Positions 36,323 through 48,205 of a stretch of DNA of 64,000 bases are shown one piece after another (the stretch's first letter is position 1; each line of letters starts with the position of its first letter). The notes under the pieces were generated by a model, which saw nothing but the letters and a program-made list of their open reading frames with translations, was not told where the DNA came from and did no database searches. The stretch is from Blepharisma stoltei ATCC 30299 (taxonomy: Eukaryota > Protista > Ciliophora). The stretch lies in the NCBI GenBank assembly GCA_965603825.1, contig CBFDEM010000019.1, forward strand, positions 100,444-164,443, read 5' to 3'. Both the position numbers and the translations under genes were made by a program.

Positions 36323-36812
36323 TTAAATTTTTAACGACTTTTCAAGTTACTCTAATATGCAACATCATTAAATTTTTAGATCAAAATTCTCTAAATTAGC
36401 GAATTTGAATCTAAGTTTCTGATTAGCAATTTAAATAATTTATTATTCAAATTTATAAGAATATGCATGATTATTTCCGTATTTGAAAAGTGCTTGCTGT
36501 CATCTTATATATCATTGGGCATTCATAAGGCCAGATATAAAGCAAATTACGGAATTCTGCCTGAAAAGGAATAATAAATCAGTAACGAAACTTATCAAAA
36601 TTACCAATTAAATTATTTTTATTGATGCTTCAAAATATTTTTTATTCCTCTTAGGTCTCTATACTTTATGAATGCTAAATCTAACTTTTGAGTTATTTTA
36701 GCCTCTATTTATAGAATCTACACAAAATTATCCATTCAATCTATTATATGCAGTCTCACTAGCATTCACACAGACTCCTTCCTAAATTGCATATTGTATA
36801 GCTTATCTTATA

Positions 36813-39026
36813 ATGGAACTTAGCTCAAAAAGAGAAATTGCAGATGAGCAGACATCCTCTTTGGCGGTTCCAGACTCATCAGCCGTAGAAGTAAATCACG
36901 AGAAAAACGATTCTGATCTCTTCTCAACAATTTTCGCTAACATTTCTGATCCAGAATCAATGCTTCAGAAATGCTTCGACGAAAAAGACCAAATTATGGA
37001 AGAAAGCTTCAAAAAAGTCCCAAAGCTCCACCCAATATGGGCAAAAATTGTTTCTGCAGCCAAATCTGTGGACAAAGAAAAAGAATTGTGGGACACTTTT
37101 TCAGAAAACGAGCTGCCCAATGACGAGTCATTAAAACTCAAAAACATTCTTTTTAGTTTTGGGCTCTTTAGCGAATTTCTCCAAATAGGCAATGTCAGCT
37201 GGGCCTTGACAGAGAAATTCCTGAATGTTTGGCAAGAGAATCTTCAGGATAAGGAATTGAGGGCTCATGCGAAGGCTTCTCAATTGCTGGCAGTATTTTT
37301 GTCGACATTGAAAACAACTGAGATTAACACAACTGGGTATTTTAGACAAATTTTTTCTGTAGTCCCTAAAGTAAAGTCAGCAGAGCTATTGCAGACGATC
37401 ACAAAAACTTTGATCAAAAAGGCTGATAATAAAAGATGTGAGTGGGCAATTTCTAGATTAGGGAGGATTGGCAAAGAAAAATCAGGATATTTTGTAGTCA
37501 ACCAACTTTATAATTTTGCTAAAAAGAGCGATATCAGTCAAGAGCTGGTGCAAGACTCGCTTAAGCAATTGTTCGAGATAGGCATTTCACAAGACCAAAA
37601 TTTGGCTGAATTCGCAAGGAAGATGATTTTAGTTGCACTAGGGCAGTTAGATAAAGAAAATTCAATTTTTGTTTACAAGCTGATTAAAGAGCTGAAAAAC
37701 GAAAATTATCCAATTTTAGCTGGATTTATATCGAAGATTGATAAAATTAAAATTTCTGACTCAGAAGATGAGCGCTTAGGAAAAAGAAAGGCGAAGTCTT
37801 CAAGCCTAATTACACAATCCCAATTAGAAACACTAAAGCAGCTTGGTTTAGTTCTCGGTATTGAAAGTTTCTATCTTAATAACTTTTCCATTTGTGACCA
37901 GCTCACCGAACTAATAGCAGCCTTAATAAGCAATAAACCCAGCAAACAAAAAGAAGAAAATCCTTTAGACATGCTTTTCAATATGCTCTACAAAGAATAC
38001 ACAAAATCCGTTTCATACACAAGAGGGTTAATTAAAAAGACTTTCCAAGAATTTGTTGGTGAAATTTCAATGAATTTTGTTGACAAGCTCTGCTCACAAA
38101 TACAAAGCAGGATGAATATTTCTGAAGAGATCTTGAAAAAGCCTTCAAAAGAAGAAAAAGTTGTTGAAAACTTATCTGAACTCAAGCCTGAAAATAGCGA
38201 TAACTCACAAAAACAAATATGGATTAATACCCTTAGGAGCGATCTATCTCTGAGGGTATGCGATTTGATAGAAATCATTATCAAAAATACAGAAAACCAC
38301 TCAATTTTACTAAAACTATACAAAACCCTCATAAAATGCTTCAAAGCAGCATTTAAAAGGAAAAAGAGAACTGGACTAGCAGAACGATACCACTATTTAA
38401 TGGACGAAATTTCCAAAATTGAGCTGAATATTGATAAAAGTGAGACCAGCGATTTAGGAGGGATTTTTGCTGCAGCAGTAAAATGTGTTATGAGAGAAAA
38501 AAATCTAAACAAATTTTTAGCCAAAACGCTTTTCAATTTGGTAAAAATTATAGACAAAGCCAACCATGAAGAAGCAACCCAAGTTGTAAACGACACAATC
38601 AGCAATTATATGACTGCGAAAAATCCTAAATTGAGCTTAGATGTTCTGAGCGGAATTGTTTTAGCATTAAGCTTCGATAAGTATATTTTGAATCTATTGC
38701 ACAATTATGTCAAAACTGGAAAAGACCAGAAAAAGCGGCTTGAGACTCTTGAAATTTTAAAGAAAATTATCAAGTTATGGCCATATAATGACAAAGATGC
38801 AAAAAAACTCTTCAGAGCTATAAAACAAATTTTAGATGAAAAAATAAAAAACAAGGAAAAGAATAAATTATTGAAAAATATTTTGGCAGCTCTATTTATT
38901 TACTCTAAAAAGACGACAGAAATGGAAGAATTTGGCAAGAGGTTTGAAAGAATAAAGCCAAAGTTATCAAACATCCCTTCACTATCTGGAATAATCTCAC
39001 AAATATCAAAGTCTAGTAAAATATAA
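36813..39026 (+). CDS. Pol5/MYBBP1A-like (DNA polymerase phi family) ARM-fold nucleolar protein
   Basis: 737-aa K/E-rich helical ORF. PKLHPIW, D.L..ML....SY.R.LIKK.F..F...I and LRV.DLIEI resemble conserved Pol5/MYBBP1A blocks (recognised by eye). Confidence 0.5.
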   Translation: MELSSKREIADEQTSSLAVPDSSAVEVNHEKNDSDLFSTIFANISDPESMLQKCFDEKDQIMEESFKKVPKLHPIWAKIVSAAKSVDKEKELWDTFSENELPNDESLKLKNILFSFGLFSEFLQIGNVSWALTEKFLNVWQENLQDKELRAHAKASQLLAVFLSTLKTTEINTTGYFRQIFSVVPKVKSAELLQTITKTLIKKADNKRCEWAISRLGRIGKEKSGYFVVNQLYNFAKKSDISQELVQDSLKQLFEIGISQDQNLAEFARKMILVALGQLDKENSIFVYKLIKELKNENYPILAGFISKIDKIKISDSEDERLGKRKAKSSSLITQSQLETLKQLGLVLGIESFYLNNFSICDQLTELIAALISNKPSKQKEENPLDMLFNMLYKEYTKSVSYTRGLIKKTFQEFVGEISMNFVDKLCSQIQSRMNISEEILKKPSKEEKVVENLSELKPENSDNSQKQIWINTLRSDLSLRVCDLIEIIIKNTENHSILLKLYKTLIKCFKAAFKRKKRTGLAERYHYLMDEISKIELNIDKSETSDLGGIFAAAVKCVMREKNLNKFLAKTLFNLVKIIDKANHEEATQVVNDTISNYMTAKNPKLSLDVLSGIVLALSFDKYILNLLHNYVKTGKDQKKRLETLEILKKIIKLWPYNDKDAKKLFRAIKQILDEKIKNKEKNKLLKNILAALFIYSKKTTEMEEFGKRFERIKPKLSNIPSLSGIISQISKSSKI

Positions 39027-39667
39027 ATTTTATTCTTCAGTCGTTAATAGTTTTCTTAAGATAATTGATGTCTATTTCCTATATAAATAAATTCAATGAT
39101 TTAGATCTGCATTAAAAACAATTATTTACTATTATTTTAAGTAAGTATTTAGTCGACCTCTTTTAAAATCAGCATTAAGTAAGCCAGCGTCAAAATTGCG
39201 AAAGAAGAGGGATTCATACTGTAAATAGAAAATAGCATGCCATAAACCATTTGCAAATAAATTATAAAACTTGGACTAAGAAAAAAATCACAGCAATCAA
39301 TGCTTGAAATTTACTGACAATGTTATAAAGAAATCTTATTATAAAATCTGATTATATTCTGCTAAATAATCTGCCACAATCCAATTTTTGTGTAGAATGC
39401 TGCGATTTAAATACAATAAACAAGTAAAACGATCTTATTCTAGATTTCTGATGTAAAAATTAAATAAAATTTGATAGAACTTATTAGATTTAAAATTTGA
39501 CAATTTCATTATAGATTGATAGGACTTGATGCTGTTGCTTATCTATTAAGAAGAGGAGCCTTAACTCTAATTTATAGAGCTTTTATGTGATAATAATTAA
39601 GTAAAATACAGTTTACCATTTAAGGCATATTCACAATACTGATTGTTTTAGCAAAGTATAAAAATTA

Positions 39668-40819
39668 ATGGAACCCAGAAAGACTAGACTCGACGTACCA
39701 ACGAACAATAGCAGCGGATCGTTCCCAGAAGACTTCATAGGCAGGAGCTGGGATGGGACCAACAACACAACCAGGAGCAGCTCCCGATCAGATCTCATCC
39801 ATGCATCAGTATCTCAATGCCTAAGCGGAATTCTTGACGAAGAGCCTTCATTATCTTACAGTGAAGAGTTCGACCCAAATAACCCCGATTTTGAATTTTC
39901 CATCACAAACGTTCCTTTCCTCTGCAGATCCAAATCAGGCAGCAAGAGAGCACAACAATTTATAGCACGAAGTCGACCAGAAGAAATCGAGCACATCGTA
40001 GAGGTCGTTTCCCCACATCTCGGCGAACTGATGTCAGACCTCTACGGAAACTATATGTGCCAGACTCTCTTTCAGAGCTGCTCCGCAAGGCAACGCCTAA
40101 CCCTTCTGAATGGAATGAAGGACGACCTAATTTCAGTCTCCAAGAACCCTCGAGGGACCCATTCCTTGCAGACTGTAATCCGTCTTGCCAGTCTGCCTGA
40201 AGAAGAAGCAGTCTACCAGCGAGCTTTCCAAGGCCATATTGTTCGTCTCTCCATGGAAACCAACGCTTCTCATGTAATTCAAAGTCTATTATCCACCCTC
40301 AAAAACCGTCATTTTATCATCCGCGAAATCGTAGGCCACATCAGAGAGCTTGCACTAGACAAGCTGGGCTTATGTGTAATCAAAAAATGCGTCAACGATC
40401 CCCAAGTTTTCAATGAGCTGCTTGGCCAGGCCATTGTTCTGATGCAAGATCCATACGGAAACTACGCACTTCAGCATATGATTGATACTTGGCAAGAAGA
40501 GTGCTCTTTTCAAATCATTAATTGCATTAAAGGAAAAGTCGTGCAGCTTTGTATTCAGAAGTACTCGTCAAATGTAATGGAAAAGTGCTTGAAAGAGGAA
40601 AGAATGAGGAGGGAGATCATCAATGAACTCATAGCTGGCGGAAAAATTCAAGTCTTGCTAGGGTGTCCATATGGCTGCTACGTGCTGAGGACTGCTGCGC
40701 TTGAAGCTGAGCCTGAGCTCAGAGAGGGCTTAAGGAGAGCAATTACTGCAGTGATTCCTCAGATCCACCAGAAGAAGCTCAAGCCGCGATGGGATGAAAT
40801 TTTATCTTATCTTAGTTAA
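39668..40819 (+). CDS. Pumilio/PUF RNA-binding protein (8 repeats)
   Basis: D.YGNY..Q, RGTHSLQ, NASHVIQ, QDPYGNYALQ, QKYSSNVMEKCL, PYGCYVLR repeat cores. Confidence 0.93.
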   Translation: MEPRKTRLDVPTNNSSGSFPEDFIGRSWDGTNNTTRSSSRSDLIHASVSQCLSGILDEEPSLSYSEEFDPNNPDFEFSITNVPFLCRSKSGSKRAQQFIARSRPEEIEHIVEVVSPHLGELMSDLYGNYMCQTLFQSCSARQRLTLLNGMKDDLISVSKNPRGTHSLQTVIRLASLPEEEAVYQRAFQGHIVRLSMETNASHVIQSLLSTLKNRHFIIREIVGHIRELALDKLGLCVIKKCVNDPQVFNELLGQAIVLMQDPYGNYALQHMIDTWQEECSFQIINCIKGKVVQLCIQKYSSNVMEKCLKEERMRREIINELIAGGKIQVLLGCPYGCYVLRTAALEAEPELREGLRRAITAVIPQIHQKKLKPRWDEILSYLS

Positions 40820-40844
40820 GTATACTAATTCAAGTCCCTGATAT

Positions 40845-41909
40845 TTAGAACATTCTGTTAATTATTTCATTAAAACCTTCTGTTTCCATATCGTAGGACA
40901 AGGACATGGCTTCCATAAAGGAACACTCTGAGCCGTTTCTGTGTAAAAGTAAGGTGGCTACCTCAAAGTAGTCAGGATGTACCATGTCGCCTATAAATAA
41001 TCCGATAGTTTTGACCTTACTTCCGTAGTAGTAAAGCTGGATTTCTATTTGCCGCTGTAAACTAGGGGCGTAATCGAGGAGCTCTATCATTTGGTCTGGA
41101 TCAGAATTTCTTGGCAAATAGAGTATCACATTTTTTGTAATTTTCTCGCAAATTTTCATGATTTCTTTAATGTCTGGGGTGACTGACTTAAAAAGGTCAT
41201 AGCTTGGATTTGTTAAATACTCAGGACCTCCCCATGGAGGTGACATAAAAATAACGTCAACGTACCCAAAATTTTCAGCGACTTCCAAGAAATCGCCTTG
41301 TGTATACTGGATCATATCACTTACTCCATATACCTCAGCATTATTCCTTAATAGCTCAATCTTTTTGGGATCTAGCTCAATTGCAATCACTTTGTTAGTT
41401 TTAGCAAAATGCACAACGTTACCTCCAGCTCCCGAAAAGCCATCCATAATGATTTCAGCATCCTCACATGTTTTCGCTATATGTTTTGCTATTGGCTCAT
41501 GAGTCGCACTGTATCAACTTTCTTCATCCAGCTTGATCCCTTCGTCAAACTTAGAAAAAATGCTGTATCTTTGGCTTCAATACTTCATAGGCACCTCATC
41601 TGGCTTTGACTTCTTATTTGGATATGGCTTCGGACTGTCTGGGAGTACAAAAATCTTGTCCATGATCACAATTGTTGTGTTTTTCCCAGTGCCTATCAGC
41701 TGCGTGCCTTGTTTCAGCTTAATAAAACAAGGCAGATCTTTAATCGTCTGTTGTTCAGATTGAGCGTGTTTGACATCAGATGTGCTAAAATCAGCAGCCA
41801 AATCTAAATTTATGTTAAGCAGAATTTCTTCATATGTTTGGCTCCCAGAATTTTTCCTAGCTTTTTTAGACGGGTGTTTTGTGTAAGACTGTGTCCGGAT
41901 CCTTCTCAT
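40845..41909 (-). CDS. TGS1: Trimethylguanosine synthase
   Basis: KY(W)SQRYSIFSKFDEGIKLDEES(W)YSATHEPIA.HIA, DGFSGAGGN, AIELDP.KI..LRNNAEVYGV, GDF, FMSPPWGGPEY, YLPRN. Both TGAs fall at conserved Trp positions. Confidence 0.95.
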
Positions 41910-41950
41910 AACAATTGATATTTACAAATAAATCTATTCTAATATAAACA

Positions 41951-42979
41951 ATGGCTGAGACAAAAGAGATCCATATTCCTATCGATACCAACCCAGTCAC
42001 TTTGACAAGATCCATTATGATGGATCAGAGACGCAACCCAGACGCCAAAGGTGACCTGACGCAGATTCTTAACTCCATCATGCTTGCTTGCAAATTCGTC
42101 AGCAATGTAGTCAGAAAAGCTGGAATCTCCTCTCTCTATGGACTTGCTGGAAGTCAAAACGTCCAAGGCGAAGCCCAGAAGCCAATTGATATCATTGCGA
42201 ACGACATTTTCATCAACTCTTTGAAATTCTCCAATAAAATCGCAGCACTGGTCAGTGAAGAAGAAGATAAAATCTACATTATGGGTGGCGCTGAGTCAGG
42301 AAAGTACATCATTGCTTTCGATCCTTTGGACGGGTCTTCCAATATTGATGTCAACGTCTCAATTGGGTCTATTTTTGCCATCTGGAAAAGACCAGATGCA
42401 AGCGCCCCAGTCTCTGCAAGAGACTTCTTGAGAAATGGGACTGAAATTGAATGTGCTGGGTACTGCATTTATGGAAGCTCCACTCAGCTTGTCCTCGCAA
42501 CGAAGAACGGAAAGGTTGACTGTTTTACTTTGGATAACTCAATTGGAGACTTCATTTTGACCCATCCAAATATGAAGATCCCAGAGAGAGGGCACATCTA
42601 CTCAGTTAATGAAGGAAATTCCTTGTTTTGGGACCCAGCCATCACTCATTTTGTAGACTCAGTCAAGCATCCAGAAGACGGCAACCCTTACTCTTTAAGA
42701 TATGTCGGGTCAATGGTATCAGATGTTCACAGAACTCTGCTGTACGGAGGCATTTTTATGTACCCTGCAGATAGTAAGTCTCCTCATGGTAAACTCAGAC
42801 TCCTTTACGAAGTCCTCCCAATGAGCTTTATCACTGAGCTCGCAGGCGGAAGAGCCACTGATGGCAAGAGAAGACTGTTAGACACTGTCCCTGAGCACAT
42901 CCACCAAAGGTCACCTTGCTACATTGGTAGTCCTTATGAGATTTCTCAGCTTGAAGCAGCTTATGCCAGCTTAACTTAA
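41951..42979 (+). CDS. FBP1: Fructose-1,6-bisphosphatase class I
   Basis: SEEE, FDPLDGSSNIDVNVSIGSIF, YSVNEGN, RYVGSMVSDVHRTLLYGGIFMYP, GKLRLLYE. Confidence 0.98.
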   Translation: MAETKEIHIPIDTNPVTLTRSIMMDQRRNPDAKGDLTQILNSIMLACKFVSNVVRKAGISSLYGLAGSQNVQGEAQKPIDIIANDIFINSLKFSNKIAALVSEEEDKIYIMGGAESGKYIIAFDPLDGSSNIDVNVSIGSIFAIWKRPDASAPVSARDFLRNGTEIECAGYCIYGSSTQLVLATKNGKVDCFTLDNSIGDFILTHPNMKIPERGHIYSVNEGNSLFWDPAITHFVDSVKHPEDGNPYSLRYVGSMVSDVHRTLLYGGIFMYPADSKSPHGKLRLLYEVLPMSFITELAGGRATDGKRRLLDTVPEHIHQRSPCYIGSPYEISQLEAAYASLT

Positions 42980-43026
42980 TTCCTAATGGATTTAAATGGT
43001 TGAATAATTGGATCGAAAAATTAATT

Positions 43027-44319
43027 ATGGGCGACACGCGCACTCCTCTCTTAGAAAAGAATCTTGTTGTGTCAGAGCTCGACGAACTGAACCGACTCTT
43101 CAATAAATGAAGGTTTTTTAGGATGCTCTCTGCTTTATGCGGAGGAAGTGCAATCATTCCAGCTGCAACGGATTACGAACTACACTTTTCAGAACAAAGA
43201 ACTGCAGAAAACTGCCTAACTGATGACTCCTCAACTTATGCAGCTAGGGATATTGTAATGGCCTTGAGCTTGCTTGGGATTGCATTTCTTATTCCTTACA
43301 GGTATTATTTTCTTAAGTGAAAAAGGCACATTCCCAGGACATTTAGGGAACTGCCTTCTCTGAATAAACTGACTATTATGCAAGTTTTTGAAATGAGGAA
43401 AAAAGCAAGCATGGGCGAGTGGCTGGGCGATGACATGATACCAGCAATAGTGCTTTACTGCATTTTCCCTTACCCTTGGCTCTCTGCAACTTATACTGTC
43501 CCTCAACAAATTTCTTACCAAGAAGTCGAGGTCTGCTACTTCTTCGCTGAGCTGTTCTATGCTATCATGTACTTTAGGATCGTTTTCTTGATTTTGTCTC
43601 TCTTCAACTACGGCAAATTCCAAAACCAAGCAGCTATGAGGTACTGTGCCAAGTTCAACGTGAAGCCTTCCCCAACTTTTTCAATGAAATGCTACATCAA
43701 CCAGAGGCCTCTGACTATGCTTGCCTTATTTTTCATTGTGCCTGGAGTCGTTATTTTTGGACTGATCACAAGGATTTTTGAAAGGCCTATGATGCTGCCA
43801 AACATGGACTTTGACTATGCAGGAAACGCTATGTGGGGCATTATTATCACAATGACGACAGTAGGATACGGAGACACAGTTCCTACAACTATATCTGGCA
43901 GAGTCGTGGTCGTTTTGAGTGCATTTTGGGGAGGCATCATTCTCTCTTTAACCTCAGTGGCGATGGGGAGCTTTTTGTTGCTTAAAAGCAATGAAAAAAA
44001 AGCTTTGGACGGGATCTTGCTCAGCAAAGTCGCATCCAAAGCAATCAGCACTGCTATGAAATACTATAACTCCAAAGAGGTAGGCCTCTTAAAACGGCAC
44101 GACCAATGGAAAGAAATTAAAACAGCTTTAAGAGACTTCAACGACTATAAAGAAGAAAACGCCATGACCAACACGATTGATTATAAAGTGTCTGGCCTGT
44201 CCCACAGAATAAACACCGTTGAAGCCCAGGTAGAAGACATAACCCAAATCTTGCAAACGGTTCACGACAAACTAGACAACTTGATGATCAAAGGACAAGA
44301 CAAATCAGATAATAATTAA
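43027..44319 (+). CDS. Potassium channel (SK/small-conductance-like)
   Basis: Several TM segments; RIFERP; pore W..IITMTTVGYGD.VP.T..GR; C-terminal coiled coil; two TGA=W. Confidence 0.9.
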
Positions 44320-44345
44320 GGTAAAATTATCAAATATTTATTAAA

Positions 44346-44933
44346 ATAGACACTTTCAAAGAACTAGTCTTACTCGGCGCCAAAAGGACCAGAGTGATTG
44401 AGCTTTCTGATGACTGGGAGCCAACAGATTTCGAATTAATTAAAGTGCTCAAAGCGAAAATAATGAGATCTATTAATAAAAAAAGATCCTCCGAAGTAAT
44501 CGAAAAATTCGGTCTCACAAAAGGGGTCTACGATCTTTTTGCACAGTACCAAAACTTAGCGAGAGTCAAAGACGAGACCAAAATGATGATGACTATCCCT
44601 AAAATCCCTTATCTTACACAAGCAAAACTGCAGCACTTCATCGACGAGAGGAAGCCTTATAAGGATATAGCAAAGCACATTCCTATTTCTCAGGTCGAAG
44701 AACTTCTAGACGAGTATGTGCCGACCGCTGTCATGCGAACGGCACTAGGCCCAGCAGCTGAAGACGTGATCTGAAGGATTTATGCTTACAAACTTATTGT
44801 GATCCCTGAGTTCTTAGAAGTCACTTCAAAAGAGCTGCTAAACTTGATGAATATTACTAGGCAGCAGAGAAACGCGATGGTGAAGTCTTATGTTGATATG
44901 ATTCAAACGCTAATTATGTACTGGTTAGGTTAA
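44346..44933 (+). CDS. Hypothetical protein; start uncertain (first ATG at 44463, coding-like sequence from about 44346)
   Basis: Open frame 44325-44933 with TGA=W at 44772-44774 and TAA at 44931-44933. Composition is protein-like throughout. Confidence 0.6.
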
Positions 44934-44948
44934 GAATAAAATACTTGT

Positions 44949-46070
44949 TTAGAGATCTCTTATTATTTCGTATAAATAAATGTGGCTTGAGTCTTTGAAC
45001 TTCTTTAGAGGGTGGTCTGTGTCTGTTGTGTAAGGGAAGGGAAGTTCGAGTCTGTTAGCAATTTTCATTTGGTGAGATTGGCAGAGCTCTTCGATTCTAT
45101 TTTCTTTTTGGAGTCCGATCTTGCTTGCGAAATTGCTGTAAAAGAGCAGCAGCTTTCCTTTGGCATTTAGCTTTTTTGTTTGCATAAAGGCTGCTTTGAG
45201 CAAGCTCTCATCAGGGTCGTACACTCCACTGTCCAACGCAGTTTTCTTAGAAACTGGAATCCAAGGTGGGTTGCACACAATGACGTCGCACATGGGCAAA
45301 TCCACCTTGTTCGCATCATCATGCACTGCATTCACGTCTAGCTCAAGCTTCTGAGCATTTAAATTTGTGCACTTCGCTGCTTGGAATAACGAATCTACCC
45401 CAAATACCTGCATTCCTTTCTTCGCAAGCATAAAGCCTAACACCCCAGTGCCGCATCCCAAATCGATTGCAGTTCCTTGCAGCTCTACCCCATCCAGGTA
45501 CTTTTTAAAGAGTCCTAGAAACTCCTGATTTGTAGGGCTTCATACTCCATAAAGTGGGTGAATAGTCTCTTCTAATGCTTCAATGACCAGTCCTTTAGAG
45601 TTCCATTCATTTGTCGACAAGATCCCTTCCCACAAGTTCATTGGCATAAAGACACTGTGTGGCTCATCTATAAAGGTTCGAATGGCTGAAGGCATTATCG
45701 ACACATCAGGAGGATACTTTAGCTTGATCTGGTAGTTTTCAGAGATGATGAACCCAAATCTCCCAAAAAAATGATTCCTGTCTTGCTTGAAGCGGCGGTA
45801 TAAATGAAAAATCTCTTTTGGGGACTTGTCTCCATAATTTGGGTGGATCTTTTTCCACTTATACTTGAGGTTTTTGTAAATAGCGACCACTTTGCTGTGT
45901 TGTGCTTCTGGGACGATAAACTCGATTGATTTTTCTCTTCTCATTCGCCGAAAAAGGTCGTTCGCTCTAATTGTGTCAACGACTTGGAAGAATTGGGCAT
46001 CTTCCAGTCCGCTGCTGCTGAAAAGTGGGGTCAATAGCTTCACAGGGCCGAAAGGAGATTTCACTAGCAT
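44949..46070 (-). CDS. Class I SAM-dependent methyltransferase (HemK/MTS-like, NPPW)
   Basis: IHPLYGV(W)SP, AIDLGCGTGVL (motif I), VIVCNPPWIP (motif IV), VYDPD. Confidence 0.88.
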
Positions 46071-46090
46071 AATTTATTTTATCATTAAAT

Positions 46091-48205
46091 TTACTTTTCT
46101 AGCCAATTCTCGTATATTTGCTGAGCCCCTTCGTCGTCTTTTAGCAGCTTTCTGATTTCATAGAGATTTCTCGCACTCAGATTGCTGTATTTTTCTGTTT
46201 TCTTGGTGAGGGATAAGCCGTAGCTTAAGTTCCTGGAATATGACATGAGGACTTTTTCATAGTAATGTGTGGCTCTTGTGAGAAAATTGATGTGTTGGAA
46301 AGCTCTGCCGATGTTATAGTTAGCCTCTGCATAGTCAGTTTTTTTCCTTATTCTTGAGTAGTTTTTTAAGTATTGCATGGCTTTTTCATAGTAATCTTCT
46401 TTCTTTTGTAGGTTTCTTGAGGATAAGGAAAACAAGTAGCACAAGCCAAGGTTTAGATTAACTAATGAGTCCTCAGGATCTTGAGCATACAGATAACTAT
46501 ACTGCTTTATGGCATGTGAAAAATATCCTGTCTGCAAATAATTGTTGCCTAATAGCATATGAACTGCATAATGATCCGGGAACTTTGCATTTAATTTGCT
46601 TAGCCACGTTCTCAACTGTGTTGAACTTGACTTTTTAAGCAAGCATGAAAGAACAGCCCAGTTATTCCCTCTATCTTCTTTTTCGCATATGAATTTATAT
46701 GCACTAATAGCTTGCTCATAATCTTGATCTTTTATGCATATTTTCGCTAAAGTTTTTTTCATCCTCAACCTTCTATCTTTTCTATACATCTCTAGCTTCA
46801 GCAGCCTATTTATGAGTTCTTTTAATTCCTTATAGAAACTTTCTTCACTTTCAAGGTCTGAAATTATTTTTTCAATGAGTCTCACAAAGACTTCTTCCCC
46901 TATCTCACTTATGATCCCAGTTTTATTAGAAATCTCAAGTTTGAGCTGGATATCAATCATCTGATGCATAAACTGAAGAGTGGCTGGGATTTGAATTTGG
47001 ATAAACGCCTCTTCTATTTTCAGCTTTGCCTTAGCAATAAAAGAGTCCAAAAAGCCGCTCGTCAGCTCTGAAGTGTCGATATATGGGATATCAGTGGTCT
47101 GCAGGATTTCCATTGACCTCTCTATTTCACCTTTGGTTTTGTAAATTTTTGATAGGCAGACTCTTGCTTCTATATGTAAGCCTACTTCATTGCTGGACAG
47201 CACCAAATTCAATGCATCCTCAGCAGACGAATAATCTTCAATCTACATATTTTTTACCTCCTTATAAAGCTTCCCACAGGCAAGCCAGAGAATTGGCTTG
47301 TCATAGCTGTCTACTTGTCTAAGCTGCTCTAGAAACTGCAAGCTCTTTTCAGGAAATCCTAAATCTTGATAAAGACAGCCGATTAAATAATAAAGGTCTG
47401 GGAAGTGCTTCACAGACTGCTCTAATAGTTTTTCAAAGCAGAAATCAGCTTCTTGAACCCTCCCAACCCTCGCCAAGCAGTAGCCAAGCTTTGTCTGTAT
47501 ATCAATCGGGAACTCTTGGTCTGAAAATTTATCAAGATAGTCTATACAAAACTGGTAGTTGGAAATTTGAATATGCAAATCACAAAGCAAATTAACTAAG
47601 TTCGGGTCATATTTCTCTTCAAGGATTTCTTGCAAGCTGCTAATTGCTTTGGAAGGCTGAGCCAAAATGTTGTAGACTTCTACAAGTGCTTTTGCAACTG
47701 TAGGATCGCATGGATCAGAAACTTGGAGGATCTTGAAATAGGTTTTCCCTGCTTTTCGATAGTCTCCGATTTTTTCATAGCAGACAGCTCTAAATATGGC
47801 TTACTTTTCTTTCATAAGCTCGATGTCAGGACCTTTTTTGTTCTGAAGAGCCCTTGAAAAGCAATAGACAGCTTCTTTAAAGTGGCCAAAATCTTTGTGC
47901 ATGTGGGCGACTTTACTCCAGAGTTCACTGTCGTGCTGAGTCATTTGGGCAGCCAGCATGAAAAAGTTGACAGCTTTGTCGTGCTCTCGTCTTTCTTCGT
48001 GAATTAGGCCTAAGACGTGGTATGGGTCTGGAAGACATGGGGCTTTGGTAATGACGTCTTTTAAGATTGCGTAAGCCTCGTCAAATTGGTGAAAGACGAA
48101 GTATTGGTTTGCTTGGCCTAGGAGCTGCTCGATTTCTGGGGTCATTTTGTTGCTTCCTTGGATTGTGGGGCCGATTCTAATGTCCTCGTCACTTGATGAG
48201 CTCAT
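46091..48205 (-). CDS. GTF3C3: TFIIIC TPR subunit (Tfc4/GTF3C3-like)
   Basis: LLGQAN..F....FDEA...L.DVI.KAP...DPYHVLGLIHEE...A.NF.M.AA at the N-terminus; EANYNIGRAFQH.....A.HYYEKVL...A.NL..I at the C-terminus. Introns 47790-47804 and 47243-47257. Confidence 0.82.

Noticed and set aside
45436-45445. Internal CCTAACACCC telomere-like / telomerase-template-like 10-mer
   Set aside because: It encodes GVLG within methyltransferase motif I on the other strand; coincidental.
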